DNA of 64,000 nt, taken from contig NW_027437451.1 in NCBI RefSeq assembly GCF_964204645.1, forward strand, positions 1-64,000, in the 5' to 3' direction. Numbering within the stretch: position 1 is the first letter of the stretch; every line of letters begins with the position of its first letter. A model generated the notes under the pieces. The model searched no databases. It was given only the letters and a program-made list of their open reading frames with translations, and was not told where the DNA came from. A program made the position numbers and the translations under genes. This document shows positions 1 through 8,013 of the stretch, one piece after another. Source of the DNA: Tubulanus polymorphus. Lineage: Eukaryota > Animalia > Nemertea.

Positions 1-1960
1 TCTCGAGTATTATCAGCCGCTGCAGCAACCGATCTTCGAACAGACCGGGGAAGAAATTCGCGAAATCATCGAAAATATGGCTCGACGAAAAATCATCCCG
101 CTAAAAACCGCCGAATATCTATTACCGCCCGATAATCCGAAACAGAGGCAGTTCTATCTGCTTCCCAAAATCCATAAAGAACGCGAGAAGTGGACGGTAC
201 CCGATCGCGTACCGCCGGGGAGACCGATCGTCTCCGACTGCGGCTCCGAAACCTACGAAATTTCGGAATGGATCGACTACTATTTGCAGCCGATCGCCCG
301 CGGTCACCCGTCGTACGTCAAAGATACCAACCACTTTCTAGATATTTTGGCCGGTAAACAATTTAGCGCCGATGCGTTACTCGTCACCATGGACATCGAT
401 TCGCTCTACACCAACATCCCCCACGAAGAGGGTATCGCCAGCATCCGACAAGCTCTCCGAGATAACCCAAACCCGGGACGCCCGGATGCCGAGCTGCTGA
501 AACTACTCGAAATCAGCCTGAAGAAAAATGACTTTAACTTTAACGAAAACACATATTTACAGGTAAAAGGTACCGCAATGGGTAAGCGTTTTGCTCCTTC
601 TTATGCCAATATCTTTGTAGCCGAATGGGAAAAAGAGGGTCTGTCCAGAAGCGAACTCCAACCATCGCTATACGCTCGGTTCATCGACGACATCTACATA
701 GTTTGGGAACACGGCCGCGAAACGTTGATGCAATTCATCGACGTCCTACAAACAGTGAGCCGATCCATCAAACTCAAGTTCGAAATCAGCGACACCAGCG
801 TCAACTTCCTGGACGTAACCACTTTCAAAGGCCCGCGATTCGAGACAAGTGGCACAGTAGACACCAAAGTCTACTTCAAACCAACCGATTCGCATCAATT
901 ACTACATCGATCCTCGTTTCACCCTAAACACACATTTTCCGGTATAGTTAAAAGTCAAATTCTCCGGTTCCGGCGCATCTGCAATAACGATTCGGACTTA
1001 CACGCAGCGTCCGGAACCGTCCTTAAAGTACTCAGAGGTCGTGGCTACAAAGACCGCGAACTGCGACACATCAAAAGCCAAGCTCTACGGCACCACGCCG
1101 AACGAGATCTACGAGAACAACAACGGGCCGACGAACCGCCGAAAAAGCGTTTACCGCTTATCTTACCTCACTCCGAAGCCAACCGAACCCTAGCCCGTAA
1201 CATCCGAACCAGATTTACGGAACTGGCTACGGCCACCGGCCGGTCTGACGAGGTAACCACGGTCACCGCCTACACCAAGCACAAGAGTCTCAAAGATCTC
1301 CTAACTTCGTCGCAGCTCAAACCCACGGAGCCACCCCCTCCCCGAGTCCCCTCTTCACCGCATCGTAACAGAAATACTTCCGTTGTTTCCAATTCTTCTA
1401 TTTCCAGGTCTACTCAAAGAACTCCGTCAACCCGACGTCGAGGCACCGAGAAATGCAGAACACCGAGATGTCGTACGTGTCCACTCGTCCGAGAAACAAC
1501 CGTTTGCCGCAGCCACAACAAAATGCACGCGATCCGCAGCACAATTAATTGCGCGACCCGTGAAATTGTATACTGCATCGAATGCACCAAGTGCAACATG
1601 CTGTACGTCGGCCAAACCGGAATGTCTCTACGAGAACGCGTCACTCATCACGTCTCACGCATCAGAACGAAGAATTCGACTCCAGTCTCGGACCACTTCA
1701 ACCAAGTCGACCACACCCGCGAACACTTTCGGGTGTACGGTCTCCAACACCTACCAGGCTCCACGAGACCGATCCGCGAAGCAGCCGAACAAGACTGGAT
1801 ACGACGACTCGACACGAACACGCCCCGAGGCATGAACGTCCCGTAGACCGCCTCACTACAACAATTAACTCTCACTACTTTTTTACAGGGATAACCCGCT
1901 GCCCGTGCACTAGTGGGGTCTCCAAACCTTCGGTTTGGTCCCCTAACCTCTATCTCTAAA
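1..1960 (+). mobile_element. Penelope-like retroelement copy 1 (5' part outside window)
   Basis: Matches 5094-7053 (offset 5093); RT-GIY-YIG ORF plus 3' UTR ending CCCCTAACCTCTATCTCTAAA. Confidence 0.95.
2..1846 (+). CDS. PLE reverse transcriptase / GIY-YIG endonuclease, partial (N-terminus outside window)
   Basis: FYLLPKIHK, GRPIVS, TMDIDSLYTNIP, QVKGTAMG, RFIDD, VNFLD; C-terminal IVYCIECTKCNMLYVGQT...R...E...GMN. Frame is open from base 2; the ATG at 77 is internal. Confidence 0.95.
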   Translation, partial: LEYYQPLQQPIFEQTGEEIREIIENMARRKIIPLKTAEYLLPPDNPKQRQFYLLPKIHKEREKWTVPDRVPPGRPIVSDCGSETYEISEWIDYYLQPIARGHPSYVKDTNHFLDILAGKQFSADALLVTMDIDSLYTNIPHEEGIASIRQALRDNPNPGRPDAELLKLLEISLKKNDFNFNENTYLQVKGTAMGKRFAPSYANIFVAEWEKEGLSRSELQPSLYARFIDDIYIVWEHGRETLMQFIDVLQTVSRSIKLKFEISDTSVNFLDVTTFKGPRFETSGTVDTKVYFKPTDSHQLLHRSSFHPKHTFSGIVKSQILRFRRICNNDSDLHAASGTVLKVLRGRGYKDRELRHIKSQALRHHAERDLREQQRADEPPKKRLPLILPHSEANRTLARNIRTRFTELATATGRSDEVTTVTAYTKHKSLKDLLTSSQLKPTEPPPPRVPSSPHRNRNTSVVSNSSISRSTQRTPSTRRRGTEKCRTPRCRTCPLVRETTVCRSHNKMHAIRSTINCATREIVYCIECTKCNMLYVGQTGMSLRERVTHHVSRIRTKNSTPVSDHFNQVDHTREHFRVYGLQHLPGSTRPIREAAEQDWIRRLDTNTPRGMNVP

Positions 1961-1992
1961 CCTAACCCTAACCCTAACCCTAACCCTAACCC
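1961..1992 (+). repeat. Telomeric repeat tract between PLE copies 1 and 2
   Basis: CCTAA(CCCTAA)4CCC, 32 bp. Confidence 0.97.
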
Positions 1993-2685
1993 GGATTAAA
2001 GAAGAGATCATAGTGTTTTTGAACCACTCAAACTACGCAAGCTTAAACCGATTTACTGAATACCCGCGCTCCGGTCTGAATATATTTGTCACATGTTCAA
2101 GTTCACATAGCTTTACTCGATCCTAATAACTCTAAATAAGCGTAGTTTATCTAATAGAATTATATTTAAGAACTTAGAATTAAAACAGACGTATTAGTAA
2201 GACATTTCTATCAAAACTCGTCACCCATAATTAGGGCTAATTAACCACCCGCGCTCACTCAGTAATTTAGATCTTACGGGTTATAACTTCCTACTAAATC
2301 GCCGACGCCGCGCTGTCTAATTCATCCAATTTTCGGTAGAATACCGCGTAGATATTTCAAGATCCGCTCTTAAAATCTTTAGAATACGGAGAAAACTTGA
2401 TTAACTAGGAACCGGATTTCACCATTTACGACTATTTAGTAAACACGCGTATATCGGAATACGCCCCGGCCGCGCACCGCTAATTAACGCGTCTAAACTA
2501 ATTAGGAATTAAGCAATTTTGAAACTGAACTCGGACATATTTCGAACATTCCGGTTCACGTATATTAATAATACATATTCTAGATTTCTCTTTATAGAAA
2601 ACACTTTGAGTATTTATTAGGTTATATCGAAATAAACTTTTCAATTCTATATTAGACACGCCGTTCTTTAGATCTCTAGAACTAT

Positions 2686-2842
2686 ACATCAAAGCAAACT
2701 ATTCAACAGCTAGATCAAGGGCCATAATTAGTGCTGTTTTCTAGTCACTCTGGATCAAAGGCATAATTAGTCAGACCCCTAGTTTGTCTATTAGCTTGAT
2801 CACAGAAGTACAATTAGTCTAGATCACAAGGTCTCATATGGT
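2686..2842 (+). promoter_or_regulatory. Cluster of degenerate ~23-bp repeats upstream of the TATA box (putative enhancer)
   Basis: CTAGATCAAGGGCCATAATTAGT (2710), CTGGATCAAAGGCATAATTAGT (2750), CTTGATCACAGAAGTACAATTAGT (2795), CTAGATCACAAGGTCTCATATGGT (2819), plus ACATCAAAG at 2686. Confidence 0.45.
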
Positions 2843-2889
2843 CACTTAACTTCTAACTCGAATACTGTTCACTTGTTGCGCGCTGCGTG

Positions 2890-2920
2890 TATAAAAACCC
2901 GTGTCTAATCCTAGTTCAGC
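2890..2920 (+). promoter_or_regulatory. Putative Pol II core promoter (TATA + Inr-like)
   Basis: TATAAAA at 2890-2896; TTCAG with its A at 2918, 28 nt after the first T. Same motif at 7983 and 13791. Confidence 0.55.
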
Positions 2921-4483
2921 ATGATTCCTGCACTGACACTGACGAAGGCAACCTCGCCGAAATATCTGTCAATGGAGCGATCTACTCGAAAGAAGAAACG
3001 ACCACCAGCTGAGAAGACCAGCAAGGGCGGAGGACGCCCTGAGCGACACCAGCAACCCGGGATGTCGCCGAAAAATTACTATAGAGCTCTTCAAGTGGCG
3101 CACCACCTTGCCCAGTTGAGCTCTGGTCCGAAAGCGATTCGGAGGAAGAAGGACCATCTGAAGATGTTCCTGCGGCCGGCGGCTTGCACCGAAGCAGTAA
3201 CGGTGCAGCTGCACGCTGCCGCGGACGTCTGGATGGAGACAGTTTCGAAAGAGCTGACCATCCATTACGCTGCCACATTTGTTCAGCTAATGGGTGATCC
3301 TCTGCCGGACTGTCTATCAGCACAGGATGTCGCCCTGACATGGGCCCGGAGGAATTTCGGCTCCCGTCTGAGCCCCGGAACGATCCGGCTTTTCAACATC
3401 GCGCTGGATTTGCGGTCGAAATTCCGCGGTCAGGCTCTGTCTGACAAACTCAGAAATGTCCTATCTAACCCACCTTCTTCCCCTTCTCATTTCAGGTCAC
3501 ACCACCAGGAGGCACCCACGGAGCCGAAGATTCGTCCGCCGCCGAGACCGAGCCGGAAGATTCGAAAGCCCGCGACGCCGAGGACGCCTGCACCAACCGC
3601 AGCCGCGCCCGCCGCGCCCACAGCGCCTCCTTCTTTTTCTGATTCCAGGTCACCGAGAAGCTACGCGGATGTCACCAGGACGCCACCAACCAGAATGGCG
3701 CCACCACCGAGAAGCCCGATGCCGACGCCGCCGCCGCCGCCACCAAGAAGTCCGACGCCACCGAGAAGTCCGACGCCGCCGCCTCGAAACCCGACGCCGC
3801 CGCCGCCGCAGAGAACGCCGACCGCACCAACCAGCAGTCCGACGCCGTCTCTCTCTTCTTCTCTTTCCAGCTCTCCGTCTCATTACAGGTCACCAGGGCG
3901 CCTACTGCCAGCGCGAAGTCCGACGCCAACACCGAGACCGATGGCGCCCCAGGAAGTTCGCCGTCATCCGAAAACGGGTCGGAAGAAACAGGATTGGAGT
4001 CTGCCACCAACCCGGCGACCCATTCTGGTGATTGGTGACTCAAATCTGAGTAACATCACATCAAGCCGCCGTCCGGATGACGTCCAGATCGAGAGCTTCC
4101 CCGGCTGCAAGATAGCTCATCTCGCCGACCTGATCGATGCTGTACCGGAGCGCCGAGATCGCCCGGATACGGTGATCATCAGCGTCGGAATCAACAACCG
4201 CGACAACAACTTCGAAGCGACCGCCAAGAAGACCACACAGCGCCTGATCAACGCCGCAGTCAAGAAGTATCAGCACTCGTTCGTCCACTTCGTTCAACTC
4301 AACACGACCCGCGAACACCAGCAGTTCGCCCGGAAGTTCAACGAATTCCTCGAGAATCACGACGACGTCACCGCGATACCACCCATCGATGATCGACGCT
4401 TCAGAGTTGTTGGAGACGGGATCCACTGGAACCGTGGTACAGCTAACACCCTGCTGGACCACTGGCTCAGTGGTTTAAACTAA
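2921..4483 (+). CDS. PLE ORF1: basic N-terminus, Pro/Ser/Arg-rich linker, C-terminal SGNH/GDSL hydrolase
   Basis: SGNH blocks ILVIGDSN, FPG, ISVGINN, DGIH; RSPTPP repeats. The true start may be the ATG at 2972. Confidence 0.9.
   Translation: MIPALTLTKATSPKYLSMERSTRKKKRPPAEKTSKGGGRPERHQQPGMSPKNYYRALQVAHHLAQLSSGPKAIRRKKDHLKMFLRPAACTEAVTVQLHAAADVWMETVSKELTIHYAATFVQLMGDPLPDCLSAQDVALTWARRNFGSRLSPGTIRLFNIALDLRSKFRGQALSDKLRNVLSNPPSSPSHFRSHHQEAPTEPKIRPPPRPSRKIRKPATPRTPAPTAAAPAAPTAPPSFSDSRSPRSYADVTRTPPTRMAPPPRSPMPTPPPPPPRSPTPPRSPTPPPRNPTPPPPQRTPTAPTSSPTPSLSSSLSSSPSHYRSPGRLLPARSPTPTPRPMAPQEVRRHPKTGRKKQDWSLPPTRRPILVIGDSNLSNITSSRRPDDVQIESFPGCKIAHLADLIDAVPERRDRPDTVIISVGINNRDNNFEATAKKTTQRLINAAVKKYQHSFVHFVQLNTTREHQQFARKFNEFLENHDDVTAIPPIDDRRFRVVGDGIHWNRGTANTLLDHWLSGLN
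2931..2974 (+). ncRNA. Minimal type I hammerhead ribozyme motif (copy 2)
   Basis: CACTGACA-CTGACGA-A-GGC aacctc GCC-GAAA-TATC^TGTCAATG: stem I TGACA/TGTCA, cores CUGANGA and GAAA, stem II GGC/GCC, palindromic AUAU stem III; predicted cut after 2966. Confidence 0.85.
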
Positions 4484-4510
4484 GTATTAGTGAGACCAAC
4501 GGGTCCACTA
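4474..4510 (+). promoter_or_regulatory. Putative programmed -1 ribosomal frameshift signal (copy 2)
   Basis: T TTA AAC directly before the ORF1 TAA, 7-nt spacer, hairpin TAGTG-a-GACC aacg GGTC-CACTA; the -1 frame is the ORF2 frame, open from 4447. Confidence 0.8.
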
Positions 4511-4638
4511 TTGGTGAGTTAAATCAACCGGAATTAACCAATGCTTCTCTGATTTCTTCCATTTCCAGGTCCGACGAACACGAAGAACCGGCACCAAACC
4601 AAGCGCGACGCGATCCGGTCACCGCTCTCGGGAGCCCG

Positions 4639-6939
4639 GTGGTCAACCTCACACGTTCACTCCGCCTAAGTCCGGCGCAACATCAGCTACTCCGAAAGGG
4701 CCTCACTTATTGCCCGACTCCAAAAATCGGTTCTGATGCCGCCGCGACCGAGCGCACCAAGGGAGTGTGCCGATTCAACCGGCTAGTGAAACTCGACCAT
4801 CACTTCCGAGACAAACCGGACCGCGAGGCTCCGCGTTTCCGTCTGCCCAGCAGTTGGGCTCCGGATGAAATAGAACCAGTAATCGCCGGGTTCTGCAACG
4901 ACGCGCACGAATTGGCTCAACAAACCAGGGATACGCGTCGCGTAAATGATAACCTCACTAAACAGGAACGCGAAGCCCTCCAGCAGCTGCGTGACAACAC
5001 TAATATTGTCATCAAAGCCGCCGATAAGGGTTCCGCTACGGTTATCATGGACCGCGACGACTACGTCCACGAAGCCATGCGCCAACTAGCCGATCTCGAG
5101 TATTATCAGCCGCTGCAGCAACCGATCTTCGAACAGACCGGGGAAGAAATTCGCGAAATCATCGAAAATATGGCTCGACGAAAAATCATCCCGCTAAAAA
5201 CCGCCGAATATCTATTACCGCCCGATAATCCGAAACAGAGGCAGTTCTATCTGCTTCCCAAAATCCATAAAGAACGCGAGAAGTGGACGGTACCCGATCG
5301 CGTACCGCCGGGGAGACCGATCGTCTCCGACTGCGGCTCCGAAACCTACGAAATTTCGGAATGGATCGACTACTATTTGCAGCCGATCGCCCGCGGTCAC
5401 CCGTCGTACGTCAAAGATACCAACCACTTTCTAGATATTTTGGCCGGTAAACAATTTAGCGCCGATGCGTTACTCGTCACCATGGACATCGATTCGCTCT
5501 ACACCAACATCCCCCACGAAGAGGGTATCGCCAGCATCCGACAAGCTCTCCGAGATAACCCAAACCCGGGACGCCCGGATGCCGAGCTGCTGAAACTACT
5601 CGAAATCAGCCTGAAGAAAAATGACTTTAACTTTAACGAAAACACATATTTACAGGTAAAAGGTACCGCAATGGGTAAGCGTTTTGCTCCTTCTTATGCC
5701 AATATCTTTGTAGCCGAATGGGAAAAAGAGGGTCTGTCCAGAAGCGAACTCCAACCATCGCTATACGCTCGGTTCATCGACGACATCTACATAGTTTGGG
5801 AACACGGCCGCGAAACGTTGATGCAATTCATCGACGTCCTACAAACAGTGAGCCGATCCATCAAACTCAAGTTCGAAATCAGCGACACCAGCGTCAACTT
5901 CCTGGACGTAACCACTTTCAAAGGCCCGCGATTCGAGACAAGTGGCACAGTAGACACCAAAGTCTACTTCAAACCAACCGATTCGCATCAATTACTACAT
6001 CGATCCTCGTTTCACCCTAAACACACATTTTCCGGTATAGTTAAAAGTCAAATTCTCCGGTTCCGGCGCATCTGCAATAACGATTCGGACTTACACGCAG
6101 CGTCCGGAACCGTCCTTAAAGTACTCAGAGGTCGTGGCTACAAAGACCGCGAACTGCGACACATCAAAAGCCAAGCTCTACGGCACCACGCCGAACGAGA
6201 TCTACGAGAACAACAACGGGCCGACGAACCGCCGAAAAAGCGTTTACCGCTTATCTTACCTCACTCCGAAGCCAACCGAACCCTAGCCCGTAACATCCGA
6301 ACCAGATTTACGGAACTGGCTACGGCCACCGGCCGGTCTGACGAGGTAACCACGGTCACCGCCTACACCAAGCACAAGAGTCTCAAAGATCTCCTAACTT
6401 CGTCGCAGCTCAAACCCACGGAGCCACCCCCTCCCCGAGTCCCCTCTTCACCGCATCGTAACAGAAATACTTCCGTTGTTTCCAATTCTTCTATTTCCAG
6501 GTCTACTCAAAGAACTCCGTCAACCCGACGTCGAGGCACCGAGAAATGCAGAACACCGAGATGTCGTACGTGTCCACTCGTCCGAGAAACAACCGTTTGC
6601 CGCAGCCACAACAAAATGCACGCGATCCGCAGCACAATTAATTGCGCGACCCGTGAAATTGTATACTGCATCGAATGCACCAAGTGCAACATGCTGTACG
6701 TCGGCCAAACCGGAATGTCTCTACGAGAACGCGTCACTCATCACGTCTCACGCATCAGAACGAAGAATTCGACTCCAGTCTCGGACCACTTCAACCAAGT
6801 CGACCACACCCGCGAACACTTTCGGGTGTACGGTCTCCAACACCTACCAGGCTCCACGAGACCGATCCGCGAAGCAGCCGAACAAGACTGGATACGACGA
6901 CTCGACACGAACACGCCCCGAGGCATGAACGTCCCGTAG
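4639..6939 (+). CDS. PLE ORF2 reverse transcriptase + GIY-YIG endonuclease (frame open from 4447; probably expressed as an ORF1 fusion)
   Basis: IKAADKG N-terminal PLE motif, RT motifs with FIDD, CxxxxCxxC linker, GIY-YIG with internal CxxC. The track start is GTG, not ATG. Confidence 0.95.
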   Translation: MVNLTRSLRLSPAQHQLLRKGLTYCPTPKIGSDAAATERTKGVCRFNRLVKLDHHFRDKPDREAPRFRLPSSWAPDEIEPVIAGFCNDAHELAQQTRDTRRVNDNLTKQEREALQQLRDNTNIVIKAADKGSATVIMDRDDYVHEAMRQLADLEYYQPLQQPIFEQTGEEIREIIENMARRKIIPLKTAEYLLPPDNPKQRQFYLLPKIHKEREKWTVPDRVPPGRPIVSDCGSETYEISEWIDYYLQPIARGHPSYVKDTNHFLDILAGKQFSADALLVTMDIDSLYTNIPHEEGIASIRQALRDNPNPGRPDAELLKLLEISLKKNDFNFNENTYLQVKGTAMGKRFAPSYANIFVAEWEKEGLSRSELQPSLYARFIDDIYIVWEHGRETLMQFIDVLQTVSRSIKLKFEISDTSVNFLDVTTFKGPRFETSGTVDTKVYFKPTDSHQLLHRSSFHPKHTFSGIVKSQILRFRRICNNDSDLHAASGTVLKVLRGRGYKDRELRHIKSQALRHHAERDLREQQRADEPPKKRLPLILPHSEANRTLARNIRTRFTELATATGRSDEVTTVTAYTKHKSLKDLLTSSQLKPTEPPPPRVPSSPHRNRNTSVVSNSSISRSTQRTPSTRRRGTEKCRTPRCRTCPLVRETTVCRSHNKMHAIRSTINCATREIVYCIECTKCNMLYVGQTGMSLRERVTHHVSRIRTKNSTPVSDHFNQVDHTREHFRVYGLQHLPGSTRPIREAAEQDWIRRLDTNTPRGMNVP

Positions 6940-7053
6940 ACCGCCTCACTACAACAATTAACTCTCACTACTTTTTTACAGGGATAACCCGCTGCCCGTG
7001 CACTAGTGGGGTCTCCAAACCTTCGGTTTGGTCCCCTAACCTCTATCTCTAAA

Positions 7054-7085
7054 CCTAACCCTAACCCTAACCCTAACCCTAACCC
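7054..7085 (+). repeat. Telomeric repeat tract between copies 2 and 3
   Basis: CCTAA(CCCTAA)4CCC, same length as 1961-1992. Confidence 0.97.
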
Positions 7086-8013
7086 GGATTAAAGAAGAGA
7101 TCATAGTGTTTTTGAACCACTCAAACTACGCAAGCTTAAACCGATTTACTGAATACCCGCGCTCCGGTCTGAATATATTTGTCACATGTTCAAGTTCACA
7201 TAGCTTTACTCGATCCTAATAACTCTAAATAAGCGTAGTTTATCTAATAGAATTATATTTAAGAACTTAGAATTAAAACAGACGTATTAGTAAGACATTT
7301 CTATCAAAACTCGTCACCCATAATTAGGGCTAATTAACCACCCGCGCTCACTCAGTAATTTAGATCTTACGGGTTATAACTTCCTACTAAATCGCCGACG
7401 CCGCGCTGTCTAATTCATCCAATTTTCGGTAGAATACCGCGTAGATATTTCAAGATCCGCTCTTAAAATCTTTAGAATACGGAGAAAACTTGATTAACTA
7501 GGAACCGGATTTCACCATTTACGACTATTTAGTAAACACGCGTATATCGGAATACGCCCCGGCCGCGCACCGCTAATTAACGCGTCTAAACTAATTAGGA
7601 ATTAAGCAATTTTGAAACTGAACTCGGACATATTTCGAACATTCCGGTTCACGTATATTAATAATACATATTCTAGATTTCTCTTTATAGAAAACACTTT
7701 GAGTATTTATTAGGTTATATCGAAATAAACTTTTCAATTCTATATTAGACACGCCGTTCTTTAGATCTCTAGAACTATACATCAAAGCAAACTATTCAAC
7801 AGCTAGATCAAGGGCCATAATTAGTGCTGTTTTCTAGTCACTCTGGATCAAAGGCATAATTAGTCAGACCCCTAGTTTGTCTATTAGCTTGATCACAGAA
7901 GTACAATTAGTCTAGATCACAAGGTCTCATATGGTCACTTAACTTCTAACTCGAATACTGTTCACTTGTTGCGCGCTGCGTGTATAAAAACCCGTGTCTA
8001 ATCCTAGTTCAGC

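Larger units (their letters stand above)
1993..7053 (+). mobile_element. Penelope-like retroelement copy 2 (full unit, 5061 bp; EN-containing, Neptune-like architecture)
   Basis: Starts GGATTAAAGAAG after the telomeric tract; ORF1 + RT-EN ORF2; no poly(A), LTR or TSD seen; 5093-bp period. Confidence 0.95.

Noticed and set aside
3690-3850. CCG/CCGACGCC microsatellite as an independent repeat
   Set aside because: It is the in-frame Pro-rich coding linker of ORF1; the only indel seen is 3 bp.
4639-6939. Telomerase (TERT), LINE, LTR, group II intron or retron RT
   Set aside because: No TRBD/T motif, APE endonuclease, RNase H or integrase; the DKG motif plus C-terminal GIY-YIG is diagnostic of PLEs.
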